DNA of 64,000 nucleotides from contig OX638151.1 in NCBI GenBank assembly GCA_951804945.1, positions 47,864,001 to 47,928,000 of the forward strand. The letters run 5' to 3'. The notes under the pieces were generated by a model. It searched no databases. It had not been told where the DNA came from and was given only the letters and a program-made list of their open reading frames with translations. Of this stretch, positions 46,761 to 58,773 are shown in pieces (within the stretch, counting starts at the first letter, position 1; each line of letters starts with the position of its first letter). This DNA is from Podarcis cretensis. Its lineage: Eukaryota. A program made the translations under genes and the position numbers.

Positions 46761-49700
46761 GTGGGGGCGGGGCGGCTGCTCCCTAAACCCAAGGAATTAA
46801 TAAATGGTAGGATTTTGATTATTTGAAGAGGGAAATGCAGGCCAGTAGAGAAATACGAGCTAAGCTTCCTTTCCAAGCCAGTTCCACACTTGGAATAGAG
46901 GCGTTAACATGGCAAAAGGTGTTGATGGCCCATCTAAGAGGAATCTTGGGCCTTGGCAGACAGAGGTTGCCAAGGTGATGGGGTGTGTGAGAGAGATGGG
47001 AAGGGAAAATAGTGTTTTTAGCAAGGTATGCTGGGAAGAAGATGGGAGAGAACCAAGATAGAGATCCTTTTAAATTTTTGTTTTGTATTAGTATTGGGCA
47101 TCACCTAGAGACTTCTTGCATGAGCTGACTAAGAAATATAACAAATAAATAAAGTAAATAAATGCCACCTAGCTCTGGCTCTTGTCATAATACACACAAA
47201 TAATTTTCATCACTGACCACTGGTCACCTGAATGGTGACCATTACCAATTTGCTGCAGCCACTTGGAAATTCAAGGAAGGAACAGGGTGTAGGTTTTTGG
47301 CTGGCAAGCCTGCCTCTGTCCTCATTGTTTTGGACCTGGGATAGCTAAGTTGGCTCAGAGATCTGGCAGATGCAAATGTTGGTCTCCAACTACTAGGGGT
47401 GACTCAAATTGGCAGAATCCTAGCATCAATCTGTTCCCAGTTCTCCATGTTTCATTTGCAGAATAGAGAGGCTTGGTGGGGAGGCTAACAGCTGCTCCTT
47501 CCCAGTTAATACTGCAACCAAAGCTACTCTACCACACAGTGATCTGCACATAGAATTACCTTTTTAAAGCTAGACGGTCCTGGAGTTGGTTCTGTCTGGC
47601 ATGTCCCAGAATAGTGAGGCAGGCAATAACAAAGGGCAGAAGGCCCACTTACAAAATAAGTTTTGAATTCTTAGCTGTGGGGTGGGGTTGACTCCTGCTA
47701 GTTCTCTGTCAAAAGTGCAGAAGATTAAATTCACTGCACCCAGGCTAAATTGGGAATAAATACAGTGAAATCAATGGGTGTTGTTTAGCTTTTAACCAAT
47801 ATAGTAAAAGAATCCAACACCGTGTAATTGCTGGAGATGAGGCTCCCTTTTCCAGCCAAAATGAAATCTCTTTTCAAAATTAGTCCAGTCTCCCCTGATG
47901 GTGAGGAAACAAACAAAGCCAATGAATATTGGCTGTGTGACATATTTTCCCAAAGTTAATTTTCAGGATCTTTCCTGATGTCAGTTCCTGGACCATGACA
48001 TCGTACACGGGAGGTGGTGGTGATTAATGCCTCCTGGTTTGGATAGGGTCACTTGCTCAACAAAGCAGGCAGGCAGCCAAAAAAGGGAGGGAGGGAGGGA
48101 GAGAGAGAGAGGGAGAGAGAGGGAGAGAGAGAGAGGAGCTAAGGCAGGACCCCCCCTTAACCATTCTGTATAATACGTGTTCTTCAATTTCCAGGTGATT
48201 TAATATGAAAGCAAAGCAGAAATTACCACTTGCATTTTCCTCTCCTTTTCCCTTTCCACAAAAAGTGTATTAATTTACCTATTTGCTCATCTGACATCAT
48301 TGCCTGTCAGCCAAGTTTTGTTTTCCTGCAGCAGTATTGTAAATAAATGCATTGTCTGTTTATTTAAACTATCTGTTCTTCACATTTGAGGTGGGCTGGA
48401 GAAGATTAGGAGGGCCGTGGGATAATACTGCCCAATTCTATTCACATTTTCTGCCTTCATTTTCCTGAACCCACCCACTCCAAATCACGTGACAAATAAA
48501 TTGCGTAAAATGGCAGCATTAATAGCAATTTTTTTTTTTTTGCTGAAGAGTTGCTTGACAGATTTTTCAAAGATCTTTTTGCATGAGCCATGCTCAGTAG
48601 GTCTCTTGGAAACTGACTTTGAAAAGAGACTTGCTTTTATACTCACTGTAATTTTGTACTCAATGATGCTGTATAAATCTGAGCCAGAAGCAAGATCATT
48701 AGATATTTGGGAAGGATGCAGGGCTCAGCAGTAAGGCTTTCCATTGTCATGAAGTACCAGTGGTGTGTTACAGATACCCTCAGGAGACATCCATCTGCAC
48801 CTTGCACAACAAAGGACTCTCCTATTCTTCCTGAATGATTTGCATCTTTTAAAAAGCTAGTGAAACAGAACTGTGCTATTCATAATTTTATCAATTGGCT
48901 ATGGGGGCGGGGGGACTACGACCATTGATATGCCAACTACCTGGAGCTTTTTAACATGTGCCTGATGTTTCAACATTTCCCCCCAAATCATTGATTCCTT
49001 CTCCTCCCCTTTGAACAGAACAAAATTGTGCATTAGTACTGTCAAATGAAGTAGGCAAATTTATTTTCTTCTTTTTACACATTTGTTTTTTTAAAAAAAT
49101 TAGGAATATCTTACACCAGGAATTGTCTTCCAATGAAAATGTGGTCTGTTCAGACAAGTCCATAATTCAATGGTCATGAGAGTTGGTACAAAGCAGTGAA
49201 TAAAATGTTGGACTTGGACCTGGGAGATTTGAGTTCAAATCCCAGCTTAAATTGGAAGCTCCCTTCATGATCTTAGGCCAGTCAGTATCTCTCAGCCTAA
49301 CCTATCTCAGAGGGTGCTTGTTTCATTTATTTGTTTTATGAATTTGTATGCTGCTCAGTTGTCAGAACCTCTAAGCAGTTTATGTGGAATGGAAAATATA
49401 CATTGAAGTCTGGAGTTCAAAACAAACTGCCCAAAATAAAATCAGTAAAAATATACCTGTAAAAATGCATATCAGCTTGACATATCTGGGTAGGCTTTTC
49501 TAAACAAAAGGATTCTTGGCAAGTACCAAAAACAATATGAGAGTGTAGGTATTTCCACAGATAAAATGTTATTATTTTATTGTTATTTGTACCCACCCAT
49601 CTGACTGACTGGGTTGTCCCAGCCACTCTGGGTGGCTTCCAACGTATATAAAAGCATAATTAAACATTACTTATTACACCTTGTATAAGCTGGTATTTAC

Positions 49701-50596
49701 ACTTCTTAGAGGGCAGGTGGGAATGTGATACATAAGCATTCGACATCATACTTCTTGGATGCCTGAGGTTCAAATAAAATGCTAGATCTATTATTTGATC
49801 CAAGCATACTTCTCCATGACTGAGCTTGTCAATTTCTCTTCTAGTGACCATGAGCTCAAATGCCCTCATCTCTAATCCCAAACATGCTACTCTGTGGCGA
49901 TATGCACCATTCTGCTGTCCTTCACCCAGCTGAAAGCAAACTGCCTATTGCTTCCCCTTCAGATTCCTTAGAACCAATTGGCACAGGAATGTGTGGTCCT
50001 TCCCACTGAATCTGAGCCTGAATTATCTCCAAACAACCTGGCATCTTTTCAGCAGAGCAAAGTGCGCATTTCTGTGGAAAAGCTCCTCCCATCAAATAGG
50101 ACATGAGTGGGAGGGGAGAGAGAGAGAGAAAATGACATTAAGCATATTAACACAGAGGCGTACCAAGTATTGCAGCAAGGAAACTGTGATGCTCTAGGTG
50201 TGGTGAGGTTAAAATTCCTTCTGGCTGGGATCCCAAGAGGCCCATGCATCTGTCCAAACAAAAAAGGTAGTAGTTGGTTTGTTGCATCTTATTGGCTGCT
50301 GTGTCTGAGGGTGGTGACCTTCAGGGAAACTTTTCTTTGGGGTGCAGCTGGAAAGGTTAGTTAGTTAAAAAACCCACATGTACCTGCAAGGTATTTTCTG
50401 TAATGCTTTGGGGTCTCAATGATAGCTGGGATAGTTAGAAGAACAAAGGCTAAGTTTATAGAGTGTGACATTATAAGACATAGAAGTAAAGCAACAAGCT
50501 GGTGAGAGGGTCAGAGCAAAGTTTGAGAGCAATGTTTGATTTCTGTTTGAATCCAAGGCTGTGGCTATGAGAGAAACAAGATCCTTTTGGGGTGGT

Positions 50597-50756
50597 GATG
50601 ATGATGATGATGATGATGATGATAATAATAATAATAATTTATACCCCGCCCATCTGGCTGGGTTTCCCCAGCCACTCTGGATGGCTTCCAACAGAATATT
50701 AAAATACAATAGTCCGTCAAACATTAAAAGCTTCCCTAAACAGGGCTGCCTTCAGA
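50597..50756 (-). mobile_element. LINE (L2-like) 3' end with (ATT)n/(ATC)n tail
   Basis: TTTATACCCCGCCCATCTGGCTGGGTTTCCCCAGCCACTCTGG; related copy ~49570-49670. Confidence 0.65.
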
Positions 50757-50764
50757 GCTTCATC

Positions 50765-51153
50765 ACAGGCTCAGGTTGTATATATGTGGAAATAAACCAT
50801 ATGCAGTTTCAGAACAGCCCTATTTATGAACTATTCGGTTTACGAACTCCACAAAACTGGAAGTAGTGTCCCGGTTTGCGAACTTTACCTCGGTCTAAGA
50901 ACGGAATCCAAACAGTGGAAGGGCGCCAGTGGCGGGAGGCCTCATTAGGGAAAGCACGCCTCGGTTTAAGAATGGTTTTGGTTTAAGAACGGACTTCTGG
51001 AATGGATTAAGTTTGAAAACCGAGGTATCACTGTATAATGAAAACACCACAGTCTCCACTGTGCCTCATTCCAAAAAGGAAACATGAATCCTGGGTAAAT
51101 GCCTGGAACCCCTGCAATCTCACACCGCTCAGAGACTTGGGATAGCATGCACA
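50765..51153 (+). mobile_element. 3' part of a solo LTR with a nested truncated Tigger-like MITE (~50803-51033)
   Basis: GGCTCAGGTTGTATATATGTG..AATAAACCATA and CCTGGAACCCCTG...GCACA match the LTR family; the insert ends GAGGTATCACTG-TA. Confidence 0.72.
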
Positions 51154-52204
51154 GTAGATATGGTCTTCCTTAACTAGCTGCTTTAATCTTACCAACTCAT
51201 CTTAAAAAACAACAACAACACATTACCATTACTTTCATACAGAATGACTCCACTATGGACTCAATTTCTCTTTCAGATCTGACCATTATGTTTACTGCAC
51301 AAGGGTGAGATCATGTCACTGATCTATATCACGGCATTGCTGGTCTAGTGTCATCCTGTGCCAAAGCTATTTTTTTTTCTGAAGGGGGTTCATTTTTTAA
51401 AAAAGAATTAGGAGGTCACTGATACTACTTTGCATATTTTCCATTCTCCGAACACCCTTTCACTCTTACAGATGCACAGATAACATCACTCAGAAAGCAG
51501 GGTGAATTATGAGACACACAGACAGCTATAATCCTTCCTCCAGGGTTGTTCAGAGTTTTTTTTTTTTTTTGCTGAGTCCAAACCTGTACCACCAGCCTCT
51601 TTTGCAATGTGGCTGAAGGGCGAACGAAAGCTCTTTCTGCATTCCAAGGTGCAGGCAACATTTGTGTTACATTTTATACCAGGAAGCCTACATGATGTGG
51701 GGGAAATCCCACAGCTCATGTGTTGTTTTTCAGTGGTGGTGGTTTTTCTCCATTTGTCTAGATTATTTGATGTGTTGGGATTAAGGTATTTAGCTGACAG
51801 AGGTACAAATGAAATGCCTGCAGCTTTACTGCATGCCATTTGTGTGGTGCTGTGTTACACTATGACCAAGTAGCTTGGAGGTAGGCTAGTGGGACTAGGT
51901 AACAACTTCACCTGATCCAATATGTCATTGCAAGCAAAATCAGCAGATGTAATGAAGCTGGTCTTCAATAAATAATGAAAAAAGTGTTTTTATTTGGAGG
52001 CAGAAGTTGATTATCTTGAGATGCAGCACAAGACCCTTTGAAGATGATACAGGTTACCATGTCCAGCATGATATAAATGATTGGTCTTGGGTGAGCATGT
52101 GGTCAGGATTTGCTTCTGGTTGTGATCGTTTTGTATGTGACCAGATAGTTTTGTGTAGGGAAGGAATAATAAGGAAAAGGAGTATTAGAGTGCAGTTAAG
52201 AATG

Positions 52205-52547
52205 TGGGTTAAAGCCTCAGCGCCTAGGGCTTGCCGATCGAAAGGTCGGCGGTTTGAATCCCTGCGGCGGGGTGCGCTCCCGCTGTTCGGTCCCAGCGCC
52301 TGCCAACCTAGCAGTTCGAAAGCACCTCTGGGTGCAAGTAGATAAATAGGGACCGCTTACCAGCGGGAAGGTAAACGGCGTTTCCGTGTGCGACTCTGGC
52401 TCGTCAGAGCAGCGATGTCACGCTGGCCACGTGACCCGGAAGTGTCTCCGGACAGCGCTGGCCCCTGGCCTCTTAAGTGAGCTGGGCGCACAACCCCAGA
52501 GTCTGTCAAGACTGGCCCGTATGGGCAGGGGTACCTTTACCTTTACC
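52205..52547 (+). mobile_element. Sauria-type SINE, slightly 5'-truncated
   Basis: TSD TAAGAATG at 52197-52204 and 52548-52555; (ACCTTT)n tail. Confidence 0.9.
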
Positions 52548-53059
52548 TAAGAATGGAGATGTATTCTTACTTTTGCTTTCATTGTTCTAGGACAATAATC
52601 TTCAACTTCCCCCATGTTGATTAATTCCAAAATAACTGCAGTGTCCACCATGGAAATCAGGTGTTGCAGAAGATTCTAGGGCATGTTCTTGAAAAGACTT
52701 CCCCAACTTAGTGCTCTCCAGATATTCTGGACTACAACTCCCATCAGATCCAGCCAGCACGGCCAACATCTGAACAGCATCAGGTTGGAAAGGCTATTCT
52801 AGGGTGTAGGTAAACTTATGAGTGCAGTCTATTATGCTCATCAGGGAAGATGAATGGCAAGTGGAAGGTTGTCTGCTATTGCTGATATTCAGTTCTCAGT
52901 TATTTTTTTCTCTCTGGAAGCCACTGTTTCAGGACATGTCATGAGGCAGTTTGCATTGTTGCTACACCTTGCCTATGGGTAGAATATTCTTAAGTTACAA
53001 TGCTGTCAACACAGATCCTTGCTCACTGCATTAAATCAATATTTCCTTTTTCTCAATAG

Positions 53060-53824
53060 GGTCTGTGGCTTCCAAGATACCTGAGATATTGAAGTAATTG
53101 GACAACTCATTCAAAAATAAAAAGGCAGCAATTACTTTTTATAGATATCTATTAACAATACACAAGTTCAATATGCAGACTGTAAGAGATGATTGGAATA
53201 AAGAATTGGAACTTTCCTTATTACCTAGACAGTGGGAAAATGTATTAGGTTCAATACCTAAGGTTTCATTAGATTTAAAATTAAGACTAATACAACAGAA
53301 AATAATATTTAGAGTTTATTGGACTCGTTTAAGGTTGTATAAAAAAAGGCTTAGCTAGAATAGCTCAGTGTTGGAGATGTGGCAAGGACAATGCCTCTCT
53401 GAAACACATGTTTGTACAGTGTTCTTTGCTTAACAAGTGTTGGGAGAAAGTGCTAGACTGTAATTATGACTGTGCAGAAAAAGTTAAATTTTTCAGCGGA
53501 GACTATTTTATTGAAGTATATACCTGCAGTACGGAAATTATCAATGGGACGACGGAAATGGATTTTCTGTGCCATAATGGTAGCCAAGAAACTGATCTTG
53601 AGGAATTGGAAAAATAAAGATATGATACTGGACTGACGCTATGACATCACTGACACAGACTCTGTGTGGAAAAAATGATAACATTTGCAATGAGTTTATA
53701 TAAAATATGGTAGGCTATTAGTATTTGCATAAGCACTAGGACAATAACACTATACCAATTTATACAAGAAGGTATGGGAATATCATATATCATATTTTCC
53801 TTTTTTTGGGGCGTATTTTTGCTT

Positions 53825-53856
<32 letters not shown>

Positions 53857-53960
53857 TGTTTGTTGTTGTTGTTTTTCTCCCTCTCACTTTTCCTCCCTCC
53901 CCCGTATCTCTTTATTTCTTTCAACTGAAATCACCTTAATAAAATATAAATATTAAAAAA
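53060..53960 (+). mobile_element. Degraded L1-clade LINE 3' portion
   Basis: W..EL...W...KIIFRVYWT and CWRC....HMF..C ORF2 C-terminal motifs with frameshifts; AATAAA and A-rich end. Confidence 0.75.
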
Positions 53961-55046
53961 GTAAGTTGAAATGTGCTGTCACTGTCCCATATCCATGCCT
54001 TTTTGCTAGTAGCCCCCTGCTGATGGAATGCCTTCATTGGTGAGGTGGGTGTGTCCCTCTCATTACTAACATTTAGAGTGGATTTTAAAATATTTCTGTT
54101 CACCCAGTTTATCTGTTGGCTGAAAGATGTTGTTTTGGGCAACTTTGACATTATTAGTTGTGAGATTACTTGGTTTGTTTGAAAAATGTTGTTTTTAATG
54201 TGTTGTTTGTATTACTTTGCTGTTTTTTGCTGGTTTCTTCTTCAGGAGGAAGAGTGGGCTAAGAATCCAGTGAGTGGGTATGGACTGCAACCCAAGTGAT
54301 GAACAAGTTTTGGCTGCTTCGCAATTTACAGCCTTGTCTTGGTTGCATCCAAAGCCTGTGAAAAACAAATGCCTATGAAATCCACAGTAAAAGAACAAAT
54401 AGCCAGCTTCTCCAAGCATCAGATTCCCCCAGGTTTCATCCCAAAGTAGAGAATTCACTTTATTCATGCAGGAAATAACTGTTTAGAAGTTTGAGGAAAT
54501 GTTACACATTTTACATACCTGCTGAGCCTGAGCCTTCTGAGTTTCTACATGACAAGCAATTGGCTTGTGTCAACACGCAGCCAACGTGCTGTTTTAACTT
54601 TGGGCTTGCTGCAAGATCCCAGCTTCCATTTTTATTAGAATGTGTAAGGCGTTTTTCACAGAGGAAAAATGATGATAGGTAAAGGAGAAACTGTGCTTCA
54701 TTTAGACATTTTACACTTTGGAATTGTCTTTGGCTATATTCTGTAATTTGCTCTCTGCAGGCCCAAAGTGCATCATGGCTTTCAGACTTCAGCTCAGTGT
54801 GGCATCAATTACTTCAGTCTTCCAGGAAGGGCAGTCACACTCACTCCATTTGTCCTCCCCATGTCTCCCAGGTTTCCTGCTATGAGAACACTGCAAATTA
54901 TTGAAGCGCAAAGGCTAACCTTGCCAGAAAATAAAAATTTAACCTGTTCCATTTACTTCAGCTGAAAAAACCTGCCACAAAAAATAAAATAAAAAATGTC
55001 TAGCTTAGCTCTTTTTCTCAGAACATTGGGCAAATAGCATTAAAAC

Positions 55047-55255
55047 CATAGGAACATCAGAGCCCAAAGGCCCATCTAGTTCTGTATCTTGTTCTCACAG
55101 TGGGCAACAAAATGCTTAAGGGAAACCCATAAGCGGAACATTAATGCAACAACACTCTCCCTACTTCCTGAGTCCCAGCATTCAGATGCATACTGCCCTT
55201 GACAGTGTAGGCAGAACGCAGCCATTATGGCAAGAAGTATCCACAACAGATATCT
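55047..55255 (-). mobile_element. CR1-like LINE 3' end remnant (related copy ~61268-61410)
   Basis: Shared CCCATCTAG....ATC.TGTTCTCACAGTGG segment. Confidence 0.5.
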
Positions 55256-55410
55256 AAAGCTCATAGCTTCCTGCATATAATCTCGAGAACTGTAGTTTGT
55301 TAAGAGTACTGGGAACTGGAGCCCTATGACAGGTAAATTATCCATTTTTCTATTCTCTTCACAGAGAATGGTCACCCCAAGTGCCATCAGCATCAATCCA
55401 TTTTAGAGGA

Positions 55411-55944
55411 NNNNNNNNNNNNNNNNNNNNNNNNNNNNNNNNNNNNNNNNNNNNNNNNNNNNNNNNNNNNNNNNNNNNNNNNNNNNNNNNNNNNNNNNNN
55501 NNNNNNNNNNNNNNNNNNNNNNNNNNNNNNNNNNNNNNNNNNNNNNNNNNNNNNNNNNNNNNNNNNNNNNNNNNNNNNNNNNNNNNNNNNNNNNNNNNNN
55601 NNNNNNNNNNNNNNNNNNNNNNNNNNNNNNNNNNNNNNNNNNNNNNNNNNNNNNNNNNNNNNNNNNNNNNNNNNNNNNNNNNNNNNNNNNNNNNNNNNNN
55701 NNNNNNNNNNNNNNNNNNNNNNNNNNNNNNNNNNNNNNNNNNNNNNNNNNNNNNNNNNNNNNNNNNNNNNNNNNNNNNNNNNNNNNNNNNNNNNNNNNNN
55801 NNNNNNNNNNNNNNNNNNNNNNNNNNNNNNNNNNNNNNNNNNNNNNNNNNNNNNNNNNNNNNNNNNNNNNNNNNNNNNNNNNNNNNNNNNNNNNNNNNNN
55901 NNNNNNNNNNNNNNNNNNNNNNNNNNNNNNNNNNNNNNNNNNNN
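55411..55944. other. Assembly gap (534 N)
   Basis: Run of N. Confidence 1.
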
Positions 55945-56098
55945 TTTTTAGTCCAAATGTGTCACAATAACCACTGAGCAAAAAACATGGTCAGGAAATT
56001 TGGTTACAGATAGGTAGCCGTGTTGGTCTGCCATAGTCAAAACAAAATAAAAAAATTCCTTCCAGTAGCACCTTAAAGACCAACTAAGTTAGTTCTTG

Positions 56099-56136
56099 GT
56101 ATGAGCTTTCGTGTGCATGCACACTTCTTCAGATAC
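56099..56136 (-). ncRNA. Minimal type I hammerhead ribozyme motif (inverted pLTR)
   Basis: Exact reverse complement of 56663-56700. Confidence 0.72.
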
Positions 56137-56248
56137 ACTGAAACAGAAGTCACCAGACCCTTCTATATAGTGAGAAGGTGGGGAGGGGTATTACTCAGAA
56201 GGGTGGTGGGATTGGGTGATTGGCAGATAGCTGAGATGAGCCTGTTGA

Positions 56249-56482
56249 ATAAACGGACATAAATCTGACATCAGGAATCACAAGACAGAGAAACCAGTAG
56301 GAGAACACTTCAATCTCCCAGGACATTCTATACAAGATCTCAAAGTAGCTGTTCTATTACAAAGGAATTTCAGAAATAGACTAGAAAGAGAAGCTGCTGA
56401 ATTGCAACTTATTACCAAACTTAAAACCATGGAGAGACCTGGTCTGAACAAAGACATTGGATTCTTATCTCATTATACATGA
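56249..56482 (+). pseudogene. Penelope GIY-YIG endonuclease C-terminal fragment (77 aa, open frame)
   Basis: INGHKSDIRNHKTEKPVGEHFNLPGHSIQDLKVAVLLQRNFRNRLEREAAELQLITKLKTMERPGLNKDIGFLSHYT*; conserved H..HF...E...I..L....GLN pattern. Confidence 0.85.
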
Positions 56483-56662
56483 CAAAGCCATTTTTCACCT
56501 TCTCACCCCTTGCTTTTTCCTGTAAGACCTATTGCAGTCGTTAAGAGTCGTCAACAGGCTCATCTCAGCTATCTGCCAATCACCCAATCCCACCACCCTT
56601 CTGAGTAATACCCCTCTCTACCTTCTCACTATATAGAAGGGTCTGGTGACTTCTGTTTCAGT

Positions 56663-56700
56663 GTATCTGAAGAAGTGTGCATGCACACGAAAGCTCATAC
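56663..56700 (+). ncRNA. Minimal type I hammerhead ribozyme motif
   Basis: GTAT-CTGAAGA-A-GTGTGCATGCACAC-GAAA-GCTC-ATAC; predicted cleavage after C56696. Confidence 0.75.
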
Positions 56701-57071
56701 CAAGAACTAACTTAGTTGGTCTTTAAGGTGCTACTGGAAGGAATTTTTTTAGGAAATTTGGTGTTCCATATTATGTTCAGATAACTAGACAGCACTTGTA
56801 GTGTTATTTAAAGGGGATGTGATAAATGTTTTTCCATCCAAATGCATCATTCCCTGATGTATTGTTAAAAAAACCTTTGATAGTATTTAATTATTGGATT
56901 CCAGAAAAATGGCATCCACACTATTTTCTCTAGTATTTGATCCCTTATTCTCTTTCTTGATAAGTCAGATGTTGTTTGTCTCATTGCAGTCACATTCTGT
57001 CCTATGCATTTAAGGGACTGGTTTGTGTTGATTTTTGAAGCCTCTGTCACAGTGATAGCACAAACTTTCTG

Positions 57072-58240
57072 TTTTTTTTTTTTAATAATAATATTTATTA
57101 AATTTTGTATAACCAATAAAAGGCATTCATAATAACATAATATTTTCCATTATCCACATTTCATTCTCAACTTTGGACTTCCTCACATCTCTTGTTCCTG
57201 CTTTCTAAACATAAATTTTACCAGCAAATTATTAACTTGATTTAATTCATATAATATAATTTTCCAATATTTAATGTCTCAAATTTTGGGATTTAACATA
57301 CTCTTATTGAAGCTTCATCATAAAATATTAATTATCCCAAATTTATCTTTTCATCTTCCGATTGAATTTAAATTTATATTCTTTATAACTAGTTTGTTGA
57401 AGCCATGTTTTTGCTAATCTTACATCTTTCTTAACAATCATACAATTTACAATATTTTTGTAGATAGTCCTTGAATTTCTTCCAGTCTTCCTCCACCAGT
57501 TCTTCTCCCAGGTCTCGGATTCTGCCCGTCATCTCCGCCAGTTCCATATAGTCTATCAGTTGCATCTGCCATTCTTCCAGTGTGGGTAATTCTTGAGCTT
57601 TCCAGCTTTTAGCGATGAGTATCCTTGCTGCTGTTGTAGCGTACATAAAAAAGGTTCGATCCTTCTTTTGCACACTCTGACCAACAATGCCCAAGAGAAA
57701 GGCCTCTGGTTTCTTAGGGAAGGTATACTTAAATACCTTTTTCAGTTCATTATACATCATTTCCCAGAAAACCTTCACTCTAGGGCAAGTCCACCAGAGG
57801 TGAAAGAATGTTCCTTCAGCTTCTTTACACTTCCAACATTTATTATCAGACACATGGTATATCTTTGCAAGCTTGATTGGGGTCATGTACCACCTGTATA
57901 TCATTTTCATAATATTTTCTTTCAAGGCATTACATGCCGTAAATCTCAAACCTGTGGTCCATAACTTTTCCCAGTCAGCAAACATGATGTTGTACCCTAT
58001 GTCCTGTGCCCATTTTATCATGGCTGATTTGACCATTTCATCCTGTGTATTCCATTTTAACAGCAAATTATACATTCTTGAAAGTATCTTAGAGCTGGGT
58101 TCTAACAGTTCAGTTTCTAACTTTGATTTTTCCACCTGGAATCCTACCTTTATCCAACTTGAAAACTTCTTTAATCTGAGCATAATGTAGCCAATCTCGC
58201 ACTTTATCTTTTATTTTATCCATACTCTGCAACCTCCAGT
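57072..58240 (-). mobile_element. 5'-truncated L1-clade LINE
   Basis: Poly(A) tail; 19-bp TSD TGATAGCACAAACTTTCTG at 57053-57071 and 58241-58259. Confidence 0.92.
57431..58183 (-). pseudogene. L1 ORF2 C-terminal fragment with CCHC zinc knuckle
   Basis: IYRWYMTP...CWKCKEAEGTFFHLWWTC; frame open for 250 codons. Confidence 0.85.
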
Positions 58241-58399
58241 TGATAGCACAAACTTTCTGGTAGGAACTGACATAGTGCTATTACCTCAGCTCTTTGGAGG
58301 TGTGGCTTTTGATGAGCTGTGTGATAAGAGTAGAACTCTGTCACTCTTTATTACATGTTTGCCTATTGACAATTAACCTGCCCTAATATGACATCCTAT

Positions 58400-58773
58400 G
58401 GGACGCAGGTGGTGCTGTGGGTTAAAGCCTCAGCGCCTAGGGCTTGCCGATCGAAAGGTCGGCGGTTCGAATCCCTGCGGTGGGGTGCGCTCCCGCTGCT
58501 CGGTCCCAGCGCCTGCCAACCTAGCAGTTCGAAAGCACCTCCGGGTGCAAGTAGATAAATAGGGACCGCTTACCAGTGGGAAGGTAAACAGCGTTTCCGT
58601 GTGCGGCTCTGGCTCTGGCTCTGGCTCTGGCCAGAGCAGCGATGTCACGCTGGCCACGTGACCCGGAAGTGTCTCCGGACAGCGCTGCCCCCTGGCCTCT
58701 TAAGTGAGATGGGCGCACAACCCCAGAGTCTGTCAAGACTGGCCCGTACGGGCAAGGGTACCTTTACCTTTTT
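58400..58773 (+). mobile_element. Sauria-type SINE
   Basis: GGGACGC 5' end; B box GGTTCGAATCC; TSD TAATATGACATCCTA at 58384-58398 and 58774-58788. Confidence 0.93.

Larger units (their letters stand above)
56005..56750 (+). mobile_element. Penelope-like element: inverted pLTR + GIY-YIG C-terminus + direct pLTR
   Basis: ~200-bp near-perfect inverted arms 56049-56248 / 56551-56750; TSD AGGAAATTTGGT at 55993-56004 and 56751-56762. Confidence 0.9.

Noticed and set aside
50561-50866. Poly-Asp/Asn ORF
   Set aside because: Translation of a (GAT)n(AAT)n microsatellite plus TE fragments.
55381-55981. ORFs made of X residues
   Set aside because: They span the N gap.
58400-58480. tRNA-like A/B boxes
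   Set aside because: SINE heads attached to a SINE body, tail and TSD; not tRNA genes.
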